Positions 50,403-59,094 of a stretch of 64,000 nucleotides of DNA are shown one piece after another. This DNA comes from Ostreococcus lucimarinus. Taxonomy: Eukaryota. The stretch lies in assembly GCA_000092065.1 (NCBI GenBank), contig CP000586.1. One strand, written 5' to 3'. The notes beneath the pieces are model-generated. The model was not told the DNA's origin, ran no database searches, and saw nothing but the letters and a program-made list of their open reading frames with translations. Each line of letters begins with the position of its first letter. Positions within the stretch are counted from its first letter, which is position 1. The translations under genes and the position numbers were made by a program.

Positions 50403-51218
50403 ATGTCGTCTTTCACCGTCTCTTCGGCGTCGCGCGTCACCGCGCGCGCCGCGACGCGCGTCGCGTCGACGCGCGTCCGCGCGAAAACCTCAAAGTTCGC
50501 GTTCGCCGGCGATCGTCGCCCACGCCGCGACGTCGCGCGCTTCGCGAGCGCCGCGGGCGGCGCCGAGGGCGCGGACCCGTACGCCGTGCTCGGCGTCAAG
50601 CCGGACGCGGACGCGCTGGCGGTGAAGAAGGCGTATAACAGCAAGCAAATGCTGTACAAGGGCGAGGGCGACAAGCTCGCGGCGGTCGAGCGGGCGTACG
50701 AAGCCATCCTGCAAGCTGGCCTGAGCGCGCGATTGAGCGGCAAGGGCGCGGTTGACACGAACGTGCGATTCGCGGATAAGGTGATCCGATCGAAGTGGGC
50801 GCCGCGACCGTGTCCGTCGCCGATGAAGGACGTCGTGGTCAATTACGGATTGACGATGGGGTGCGCGCTCGTCACGCTGGTGACGCCGCCGAACATGCGA
50901 ACGCTGCAAGTGACCATCTTCGCCGCGCTTTTGATGGTGTTCAGGTTCTTTGTGAAACTCGTGGACGTCGATCCGGGTCCTAACGCCGTGCTCGATCCGC
51001 CGGCGGCGCAAAAGCATAACAACGCGAGATTTGCGAGATCCTTCGGCGTCGTCTTGGGGACGTTTGTCGCCACGTTGTTCGTCACGTTTTGGTTGCCGCA
51101 GTTCTTCATCGAGGTGTTGGGGCTGACTGTGCCGGCGTGGGTCATGTTGCACCAGGAAGTTTTCGTGAGCTCTGCGTGCGGGTTCGTCTTAGCGTCGCTC
51201 GTGAGCTTTTATCGATGA
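50403..51218 (+). CDS. J-like domain membrane protein (CPP1/CDF1-like), transit peptide + J-like domain lacking HPD + C-terminal TM helices
   Basis: ATG 50403. S/T/R-rich presequence; DPYAVLGVKPDADALAVKKAYNSKQMLYKGEGDKLAAVERAYEAI (J-like, no HPD); hydrophobic helices LTMGCALVTLVTPP, IFAALLMVFRFFV, FGVVLGTFVATLFVTFWL, CGFVLASLVSF. Confidence 0.6.
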   Translation: MSSFTVSSASRVTARAATRVASTRVRAKTSKFAFAGDRRPRRDVARFASAAGGAEGADPYAVLGVKPDADALAVKKAYNSKQMLYKGEGDKLAAVERAYEAILQAGLSARLSGKGAVDTNVRFADKVIRSKWAPRPCPSPMKDVVVNYGLTMGCALVTLVTPPNMRTLQVTIFAALLMVFRFFVKLVDVDPGPNAVLDPPAAQKHNNARFARSFGVVLGTFVATLFVTFWLPQFFIEVLGLTVPAWVMLHQEVFVSSACGFVLASLVSFYR

Positions 51219-51224
51219 GCGTTG

Positions 51225-51229
51225 TGTAA
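51225..51229 (+). promoter_or_regulatory. TGTAA polyadenylation signal after CPP1-like gene
   Basis: gcgttgTGTAAtatcc 7 nt after stop. Confidence 0.4.
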
Positions 51230-51271
51230 TATCCGACGTCGCGCTTCACATCTCGACTCTCAGCGCCCGAC

Positions 51272-51970
51272 ATGACTTTCTCCTTTGCTTTAGCGTCGTC
51301 CGACCGTTTCGTTCACATTTCTCGCACATCGTCGCCGCAACGCGTCCGAGCGGCCGTTCGCACGAGCGCATCGCACCGCGGCGACCGCCTCGTCGCCGAC
51401 CGTTCACACGTGACGTTCAAGGACCCCACGACGGAACGTTGGACGATGGTGTATCAGGTCAACCTCCCCGCTTCGAACATGGGCTTGGAGTTCAAAGACG
51501 TCGGCTATGGACCACCGGTGGTTGCAAATATTCCACCAGGCGGATACGCGGCTGCGTACACAGACATCAAGGTGGGAGACGTGTTACTTCGTTGCTCGGC
51601 GCTCGAAATCGACGTACATCACCCACACGTAAAGCCGAGAAAGTTTGAATTCGACGCGCTCGAACCCACGCCGACGGGTCGCTTGCCGTCTTTCGAGACG
51701 TGCATGAATGCGTTGAGATCGACGGCGGTGTACTCGGCCGGTTTCAAACATCTTGAGGTCACGTGCGAGTTCAAGCGCGACATCGACGATCGTGCAGAGC
51801 ACGAGGATTACGCGCGTTTGATGGAAACGATGACACGCGTGGGAAGACTCGAAGCCGATCGAGAAAACGCGGGTGACTACGGCCCGCGCGCGCCGGGCGA
51901 GCACCCCGAAGGCACGCCGAGTGAACCTCTTTACGTCCCCGACGATGGAACGTACCCCGTCGACGATTGA
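51272..51970 (+). CDS. hypothetical protein with PDZ-like segment, probable organellar presequence
   Basis: ATG 51272. VNLPASNMGLEFKDVGYGPPVVANIPPGGYAAAYTDIKVGDVLLRCSALEID resembles a PDZ fold (GLGF-like loop, G-D-x-L). Confidence 0.45.
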   Translation: MTFSFALASSDRFVHISRTSSPQRVRAAVRTSASHRGDRLVADRSHVTFKDPTTERWTMVYQVNLPASNMGLEFKDVGYGPPVVANIPPGGYAAAYTDIKVGDVLLRCSALEIDVHHPHVKPRKFEFDALEPTPTGRLPSFETCMNALRSTAVYSAGFKHLEVTCEFKRDIDDRAEHEDYARLMETMTRVGRLEADRENAGDYGPRAPGEHPEGTPSEPLYVPDDGTYPVDD

Positions 51971-52178
51971 CGAACTCTTCGGCGACTGATTTTTCGCGAA
52001 GAAACGCTTTCGAAATCACTTCCGAATCGCTGCCTCACTCGCGTTTTCTTTCTCGCTCGCGCTTTAGATGACGTTCTCTCTGTGTTGTTCTAGTTAGATC
52101 GTCTCAGAGCGAACGGCGACGCGCCCGGAAACGTTCGCGGATTCGCCGCGCGAGGCGCGCGCTTCATTTCTATTTTTG

Positions 52179-55091
52179 ATGAATGGGCGTTTCCGAGGGA
52201 GACGAACAGTCGCGACACTCCTCGACGCGCGCATCGCTCTCGCGCGCGCGCGCGTCGTCGTCCTCCCTCGCGCGAAACGTCGCGCCGCGAGCTTCGCATC
52301 GCGCGTCATGCCGCTGTGGCGACCGGCGCGCGAGCGGGACGCCGACGCGCCCGCGACGGTTCGCGAGACGGCGATCGACCCGAGCGCGCCCATCGGCGAG
52401 CTCACGACGTCGATCGCGATCATCGAGCCCTCGGCGCCGCCGGCGAGCGAAATCGAAACGCGCGATGGATTCGCGAAGCGCGACACGCGGTACGTGAGTT
52501 CGGCGGAGTCGTTCGAACGCGGGGACTTGACGCCGCTGTCGCTCGCGGAGACGTGCTGGGTGCTCGCGGCGACGTGCGCGCTGACGGCGTCGTACGTCGT
52601 CGCGTTTTCATCCGTCATTGGATTTGGTTCGACGACGTTTCGAGTTTTACGACGGGATCAAAAAGAAAACGTTCTGCTGGCCGTGAGCGCGGTGATTGCG
52701 TTGATGCTTTACGTCACGGATGCTTCGCATTGGAGAGGCGCTCGAACGCGCTTGGCGAGGGACGTCTTCGTGGGCGTCGCCGCGATACTCGCCGCACTAT
52801 CCCTCGGCCTGAGCGCGTATCGCTACCCTCAAGCGCCACCAACGCTGTATTTAGTGGTGTCACCGCTCGTGTACTCGTATATGCGCACGAAAGTGTTCGC
52901 ACATCGATCGCTGTCGAGCTATCTGAGCGCGATAGCTCGAAGCCTGTACGCGTGCGCCGGCATCGTCGTCATGTGCTTCTTCGTCGAGGCATCGCGCGTG
53001 AACGCTTGGTGGTCGACGTCGTTGGAGCTCAAATACCGTGACGCTATTGGATGCGATTTGGACCTCTCCACCGACTGTCTATCGGCGTACATCATGTGGT
53101 TTTCCCCGTGTCTAGCCGCGCTCGCGAGTTTAATCTTCGCCACGTTTTGCGCGTTGCTGGCGTCTTCCATGCGTTCAAACGACAAGCAAAATGTGCTCAA
53201 CTTCACGATCAAGGCCTTCGGCTGCGGTTTAATTTTCGTCTTTCTCGGAATCTGGGTCGCCGTATCCATCGCGGGCGGCGCAAAACCGCTTTCATCCATC
53301 TTGGTGACGTTTTCCATGGCGGCACTCGTCGTGCTCAGCGGCGCCCTCGTGGCGACGATCGGACTCGACACCATCACGTCCAAAGTCACGTCTGTGCCGT
53401 TGTTCGCGTCGATCATGAATGCCGTGACGGAAAAATACGCCAACGTGTTCAAGGCCATCTTAATTTCGACGCCGTTGACATTTGCGTTTGCGCTGTACTT
53501 AGTGTTGTCCATCGTCAATCAACGCGTTCGCGCGATGTTCGGCACGGCGCCGTCGGAGACGAGCGATTCGCGTTGGTTCACCGCCAAGGTTGCCAAGCAA
53601 TTACAGGAGCTCCGCGATTGGAAATGGTCTCGTATCATGATTAATGTGCACTACTGGATCGCTGTCGTTCTCGCCTTCCAAGTTATCGCCGGTTCGTTCA
53701 CGATCGTCTTTCTGAGCTACTTGCGCGTGCAACTTGCGGCGATTCCAATCGCGCTCGTCTACTTCATCTTCGCCCTCGTCGGATTGGCGATGTTTCTTAT
53801 TCCAATCATTCCTGGCTTACCGGTGTACCTTACGGGTGGAATCATTCTGACGGATAAACCTCTGGTGAACGCCCTCGGCGGTGGCAGCCGTGGATACGTG
53901 TGGGCGTGTTTCTGGGCCGTCGTGCTCTGCTTCGTCATCAAGCTCCTCGCCGTCGTGATGCAGCAAAAAGGCATCGGCGAACGTCTTGGCAATCGCGTGT
54001 GGATTCGAAGTATGGTGAACGTGAACAGTACCACGATGCGATCGATTCGGTATTTGCTCACTCGACCAGGCTTGAACTTTCCGAAAGTTGCAATTCTCGT
54101 CGGTGGACCGGATTGGCCCACGAGCGTGACGACTGGCATCTTACGGCTGAGCGTACGAGAGATGCTCATCGGCACGCTGCCGGTGTTCTTTCTTATCGCG
54201 CCTACGACGTTAGCTGGCGCGTTTATGCTCAAGGCGTCGCACGCTGCGAACGCGAGCGGCATTGACACACTCTGTCGCGAAACCGCCGTCTCTTCGCTCG
54301 CAACGGATGATACCAGCGCGTGGACGTCGATCGCAGACATCGGTTTGCTTTGCACCGGACTCGCGCAGGGGCTCGGGCTCGTCTCCGCGGCGTATTACAT
54401 TGAAAAGACCGCCGTCGAAGCGCGCGAAGCGCTCGATGACATACCATACGACGAAGAAGTCCTCGAGGTTGAACGCGAGGAAGCGCATCGAAACGAACTC
54501 TTGCGCGCAATCTTGCAGTGGGACGAATTGTCCAAAACATCGCGGCGAGCCCTCCTCGCGAGTACGCTCATCGTCATCGCCGCTTTTTGGGGCATCATGT
54601 TTGGGCCGTTTTTCCTCGGCGAAGAAGCCATCGTGCGCGAGTACCTTCTCACGGATTGCGTGTCCACGCGGTTGAACGGGAAAGCGTGGAACATTATGAC
54701 GTCGCTTGGCTGGGCTTTGCTCGCCGTCGTGTGCGCGTCGCTCTTCGTCGTCTCGCGCGTGAACGCGAATGCAAAATATGACGTCGATGCCATCATTGCG
54801 GATGAAGAAGCCTTCATGAAAGAGCTCGAGGGAACGCCCAAACGAGTGTGGGACAAGTGCCCGAATCACGACGAGGCGATAAACGAGGAAAAGTTTCGCG
54901 AGAGGATCGCCGCCGCCCTGACGACGATGTCGCGCAGCCAAATCAAAAGAGTCGATGAAACGATGACAGAGCGCGAGCTCGCGCCGTTCTCTGATGAGAC
55001 GAAGAAGTTCATCCTCGAGAGCATCGAGAGCGCTTTGAGCGCGCGCAATAAGGCGTCTGAAACCAACGCCGGCGCCGCGCCGTCGGCTTAA
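52179..55091 (+). CDS. large multipass membrane protein (~970 aa), unknown family
   Basis: First ATG 52179 (track TTG 52176). More than 15 predicted hydrophobic helices distributed along the ORF, acidic C-terminal tail. Lower GC than flanks. Confidence 0.65.
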   Translation: MNGRFRGRRTVATLLDARIALARARVVVLPRAKRRAASFASRVMPLWRPARERDADAPATVRETAIDPSAPIGELTTSIAIIEPSAPPASEIETRDGFAKRDTRYVSSAESFERGDLTPLSLAETCWVLAATCALTASYVVAFSSVIGFGSTTFRVLRRDQKENVLLAVSAVIALMLYVTDASHWRGARTRLARDVFVGVAAILAALSLGLSAYRYPQAPPTLYLVVSPLVYSYMRTKVFAHRSLSSYLSAIARSLYACAGIVVMCFFVEASRVNAWWSTSLELKYRDAIGCDLDLSTDCLSAYIMWFSPCLAALASLIFATFCALLASSMRSNDKQNVLNFTIKAFGCGLIFVFLGIWVAVSIAGGAKPLSSILVTFSMAALVVLSGALVATIGLDTITSKVTSVPLFASIMNAVTEKYANVFKAILISTPLTFAFALYLVLSIVNQRVRAMFGTAPSETSDSRWFTAKVAKQLQELRDWKWSRIMINVHYWIAVVLAFQVIAGSFTIVFLSYLRVQLAAIPIALVYFIFALVGLAMFLIPIIPGLPVYLTGGIILTDKPLVNALGGGSRGYVWACFWAVVLCFVIKLLAVVMQQKGIGERLGNRVWIRSMVNVNSTTMRSIRYLLTRPGLNFPKVAILVGGPDWPTSVTTGILRLSVREMLIGTLPVFFLIAPTTLAGAFMLKASHAANASGIDTLCRETAVSSLATDDTSAWTSIADIGLLCTGLAQGLGLVSAAYYIEKTAVEAREALDDIPYDEEVLEVEREEAHRNELLRAILQWDELSKTSRRALLASTLIVIAAFWGIMFGPFFLGEEAIVREYLLTDCVSTRLNGKAWNIMTSLGWALLAVVCASLFVVSRVNANAKYDVDAIIADEEAFMKELEGTPKRVWDKCPNHDEAINEEKFRERIAAALTTMSRSQIKRVDETMTERELAPFSDETKKFILESIESALSARNKASETNAGAAPSA

Positions 55092-55129
55092 GACTACGCA
55101 AACTCATCTTTTAACCTTTCACAATTACG

Positions 55130-56305
55130 CTAATCGCTATCGCTGTCGTGTCTCCTTCTACCTTCGTCTCGCCGCCGTTTCGGCGATCGAGATCGAGAGC
55201 TCGTCCCGGACGAACTTCTCGAGCGGCTCGAAGAGTCGTCGCGACGGCGTCTGCGCGTTCGGCTGTCGCTTCTCGAATCGCGCCGGCGTCTCGGCGGCGA
55301 ACGACTTCTCGAATCGCTGCTCGAGTAAGACGACGATCTACTATAACTCCGCGAGCGACTGCTGTCGCGCTCGCGCGAGCGGCCGCGCGGCGGCGGAGGC
55401 ACATCCACCTGTCGCGGCGGCGGCGGAGGCACTTCGGCGACGCGGCGCTGCGGCGGCGGCGGAGGCACTTCAGCCACGCGCTGCGATGGCGGCGGAGGCA
55501 CGTCCACGCGTCGGCGCTCGTCAACCACCGCGGATGGACGCGCGTTCGGATCCAAACCTCGACGCTTAATCTCCGCGTCGACGACGTCCAATTCCTCTCG
55601 GAAGCGCGCCGCGTTTCTCTTCGCGTCCTCCGCCTCTCGCTCGCCGCGTCTCTTCGACTTCTCCCTGCGCTCTCTCTCCTTGCGCTCCCTCTTCTCCCGT
55701 TTCTTCGCCCGTTTCTTCGCCTTCTTCTCCCGCTTCTCCGCCCTCCGTCGCTCCCTCGCTCGTCGCCGTTCTTCCTCCTCCCTCGCCGCGCGCTTCTCCT
55801 CTCGCAACGTCTGTTGCAGCTCCCGATCGAACGCGTCCCCCTCCCTCGCGTCTCGCTCCCTCTTATCCACCCCGAACGCCCGCGCCAGGCGTTCCATCTC
55901 TTCCTCTTTCCTCTGCATCACCCCGTGCGTGCTCTCGTCCCTCGCCTCGCTCTTCGCCTTCGTCGCCGTCTCTCGCCTTCGCCGCAGCGCGTCTCGCCCG
56001 TCTCGCCGCGTCTTCTCGATCGCCGCCTCGATCGCCCCCTCGCTCGCCCCCTCGCTCGCCATGCGTTCCTCCAGCTCCGCGCACGCCACCTCGATCGCTC
56101 GCAGCGCGTTGTGCTCGAGGATCGCCGCGCTCGGCCGTCGCGTCGTCGTCGCGCCGGCGCCGCCGTCGCGATCCCTCGCGCGCCATCCCTCGTTCGTTTT
56201 CGCGTCTCGCGTCAGTCTCGACGCGTCGCGATGGAACTTGTTCGTCTGGACGTACCCGGACGTGCCGGAGCCGCGCGCGCTGGCGAGGCCGACGCCGTTG
56301 CGCAT
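55130..56305 (-). CDS. cwf21/SRm300 (SRRM2-like) splicing-related SR protein
   Basis: Long antisense ORF 55130..57499; real ATG 56305. MRNGVGLASARGSGTSGYVQTNKFH matches the SRRM2 N-terminus [22 protein letters not shown]. cwf21 helix ILEHNALRAIEVACAELEERMASEGASEGAIEAAIEKTRRDG; K/E/R coiled region; C-terminal RS/SR repeats (SRSRSYSRSSSYSSSDSRSRSPPRRRRDSRSDSRTRRRRR). Confidence 0.75.
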   Translation of the reverse strand: MRNGVGLASARGSGTSGYVQTNKFHRDASRLTRDAKTNEGWRARDRDGGAGATTTRRPSAAILEHNALRAIEVACAELEERMASEGASEGAIEAAIEKTRRDGRDALRRRRETATKAKSEARDESTHGVMQRKEEEMERLARAFGVDKRERDAREGDAFDRELQQTLREEKRAAREEEERRRARERRRAEKREKKAKKRAKKREKRERKERERREKSKRRGEREAEDAKRNAARFREELDVVDAEIKRRGLDPNARPSAVVDERRRVDVPPPPSQRVAEVPPPPPQRRVAEVPPPPPRQVDVPPPPRGRSRERDSSRSRSYSRSSSYSSSDSRSRSPPRRRRDSRSDSRTRRRRRDDSSSRSRSSSGTSSRSRSPKRRRDEGRRRHDSDSD

Positions 56306-56488
56306 CGCGCGCCGTCGCCGTGTGCCGCGCGACGCGATCGCCGACCGCGGCGACGTCCCGCGGTCGGTCGACCTATGGGCAAACAGTGAGGATGTGATCA
56401 CGCGAGACGTATCACACACGGACTTCAGACGCCCGACCGACCGTCGCGCGACGGCGCGCGCGACGTCGCGACGCGCGGCGCGCGCGCG

Positions 56489-57529
56489 ATGCGCGGCGCG
56501 CCGACGGCGACGGGACGCGCGGCGCGCGGGCTCCACCGCGCGCGACGGCGATCGACGTCGGCGCGATGGACGACGACGGCGCGGTCGGCGCGAAGACGCG
56601 TCGGCGGGCGAGGACGGAGGCGCGCGACGACGCGCGCGGACGCGACGCGCTTGACGGAGCTCGCGACGGACGCGACGCTCGGGATGGCGTGCTACGCGGT
56701 GTCGGACGAGATCGCGCAGAGGCTCGGGACGAGGACGCACGCGAGGGAGAGCGCGGAGGCGGACGCGTGCGAGCTGCCGACGGCGACGACGAGGGGGCGG
56801 TTCGTCAGGGATGGGAGGCGCGTGGGAAGGTACGTTGCGTTCGGAGCGATGGATGGGGCGACATCGTACGCGTGGTACGAGTGGGTCGATCGCGTGGTGC
56901 CGGACGACGCGACGAGGTCGGACGCGATGACGACGGCGATGAAGGTGGCGATGGACGCGGCGATTTATAATCCGATATGGGGGGCGTTTTTCATCGTTTC
57001 CATGGGCGTGCTGAGCGCGAAAGACGCGGAGACGATCGCGGGGGATGTGAAGAGGGATTGGAAGGCGCTGATCACGAGTAATTTGACGTTTTGGGTGCCG
57101 ATGAACTTTATCATCTACGGCTTCACGCCGTTGAATTTTAGAGTGCAAGTGCTGTACGCGCTCAACATCATCTACGTGTGTTCGCTGTCGATGTATTCGG
57201 AGCGCAAAACGCTGTTGAAGGACTCGGGGGATACGATGAGCATTCCCGACGTCGTCGCGCGAGTGCTTCCGGACGACGCGCGCGGAGATTGGCGAGCTTT
57301 GACGGGGTGCCCATCGTGCGGAGGCGAAAGGTTCGTGCCGTGTCCGGCGTGCGAGAGCGGACGGGAAACCACCACCGTGGTCGACGTCAACGGACGCACG
57401 CGCACGTTGTCCGTGGATTCGTGCGCGGGTTGTCAGGGCGCGCGACGAATCGCGTGTCCGGAATGTACTAACGTCGGCGCCGGCCGAGCGCCGCTTCAAA
57501 GCGAAGACGAATTCACGCCTACATATTGA
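56489..57529 (+). CDS. Mpv17/PMP22-family membrane protein fused to C-terminal DnaJ-type CxxCxG zinc-finger repeats
   Basis: ATG 56489. Mpv17/PMP22 core SYAWYEWVDRVVP...AMDAAIYNPIWGAFFIVSMGVL...LTFWVPMNFIIYGFTPLNFRVQVLYALNIIYVCSLS. C-terminus CPSCGGERFVPCPACESG...CAGCQGARRIACPECTN (four CxxC pairs). Confidence 0.7.
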   Translation: MRGAPTATGRAARGLHRARRRSTSARWTTTARSARRRVGGRGRRRATTRADATRLTELATDATLGMACYAVSDEIAQRLGTRTHARESAEADACELPTATTRGRFVRDGRRVGRYVAFGAMDGATSYAWYEWVDRVVPDDATRSDAMTTAMKVAMDAAIYNPIWGAFFIVSMGVLSAKDAETIAGDVKRDWKALITSNLTFWVPMNFIIYGFTPLNFRVQVLYALNIIYVCSLSMYSERKTLLKDSGDTMSIPDVVARVLPDDARGDWRALTGCPSCGGERFVPCPACESGRETTTVVDVNGRTRTLSVDSCAGCQGARRIACPECTNVGAGRAPLQSEDEFTPTY

Positions 57530-57653
57530 TCATGTCACGAGCGCCGTGACTTGTAAACTTATTAGCGAGAGTGAAGAATAGTTGTTATTTTAACCATGGC
57601 CTATCTAGTTAGTCATCACCGACTCCACGTTCGGCGAACTTTGATCGACGAGT

Positions 57654-58777
57654 TTAGCTCTCTTGGTCAAAAATACCAGCGTGAGTATCCGTCGAGCACA
57701 TGAAGAGCGGATTTTCCACCGTCATCACGCGCTTTTCGTTATCGATGAGCGTGCGCAGCGGCTTGGGCAGCGCAAACATGCGCCTGTGCGACACGGTGTC
57801 GTAAAACTTCATCTCTAATCCACGCTTTTTCAAAGTCTCGTCCGCGTCGACGCCGCTCAAGTCGATGCTCGTGTCGTTTACGGCGAGATTGAAACCCCAC
57901 TCTGACGTGAACGACGGCACGCACATGGTGTAACCGTAAACTTTCGGGAACACTTGCGTCAGAGTGTGATGAATCGGTGAGAAGACGTGATGCGCATCGC
58001 GCACGGACGCGCATCCGCTCTGCGTGACGAAGATTCCTCCCGGCGCGAGCTTCTTGCTCAGCAATCGATAGAAATCCGTCGTGTACAGTTGATAGCACGG
58101 CCCCCCATCGAGCGGGTCGCTCAAATCCATGATGATCACGTCAAAGCTCCCATCGGGCTCGTTCGCCAATCCTTCCTTCGCGTCGCCGATGATCAAACGC
58201 GTTCGTTTATCCCCGTACGCCCCCGCGCTGTAAAACGGCGTGTGCTCTCGGCACATGTTCACCACGTCGCCGTCGATGTCCACCATCACGCACTCCTCCA
58301 CGCTCTCGTGCCTCAACACCTCGCGCAGCGTCGCTCCCTCGCCACCGCCACCGATGAACACCCGCTTCGGGTTCGCGTGCGCCACCAGCGCCGGATGCGC
58401 CAGCGACTCGTGATACACGTACTCGTCGTGCTCGCTCGACTGCATCAACCCATCCGTGATGAGAAGCGACCCGAACGGCACCGTCCGCACGACCTCGACC
58501 TCTTGAAACTTCGACGTCCCCTGATACAGCACCTCCTCGACCTATCGCGCGCGCCGTCGTCGTCGTCGTCGTCGTCAGTCCTCCCTCGCGCGCGTCCCGC
58601 GTCGTCGCGTCGCCGCTCGCGTCCCATCGTCCCATCGTCCCGCCCCCTCGCGTCGCGTCGCGTCGCGTCTTCGCGCACCCGATAGCTCAGCGCGAGCCCA
58701 TCCTCGAGGAGTTCGTGGTACCAGTGCCCCTCGGCGAACGTCTCGGCGCCGTACGCGCTCGGCTCGGCGTCCGCCAT
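57654..58777 (-). CDS. ACL5: Thermospermine synthase ACL5-like / SpeE-family aminopropyltransferase; join(57654..58541,58679..58777) on minus strand
   Basis: Main ORF begins at GTG with an in-frame stop 4 codons upstream. Exon 1 ATG 58777 MADAEPSAYGAETFAEGHWYHELLEDGLALSYR|GTGCGC..(137-bp intron, ACTGAC branch, atAG)..|VEEVLYQGTSKFQEVEVV restores the ACL5 N-terminal HWYEE...LHQGTSEYQ block. Body: GGGEGATLREV, MDLSDPLDGGPCYQLYT, GGIFVTQSG. Confidence 0.85.
58542..58678 (-). other. intron of ACL5-like gene (137 bp)
   Basis: Minus strand GTGCGCgaagacgcg...ggACTGACgacgacgacgacgacgacggcgcgcgcgatAG. Confidence 0.75.
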
Positions 58778-59094
58778 CGCGCGGTGTGTCGAGCGACGCG
58801 TTGTCGCGGTCGCCGCCGCCGCGCGCGCGACGCGCGGGTCGAACCCGCGTCGCGTCGCGCCTTCGCGAAGGGTCTCTCGGTCGATGGTCGTCACTGTTTA
58901 CCCATACGGATCGTGCGTTCGGAGGTGATTTCGAGCGCTTTTGCGACCTCGCGCGCTCGACGCCGCGCGCGTCGCGCCGCGCGCGCGACGCACGCGCGCG
59001 CGCGGCGACCGGTCGAGCGCGCGCGCGCGACCGCGGCGCGCGCGCGAACGCGCGCGACCGCGCGCGACGCGCGCGCGCGCGACGCGAGCGACCG

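Noticed and set aside
55148-57499. ORF 55148..56389 (+) and the N-terminal 400 aa of minus ORF 55130..57499
   Set aside because: Antisense of the SRRM2-like and Mpv17 genes; real starts are ATG 56305 (minus) and 56489 (plus).
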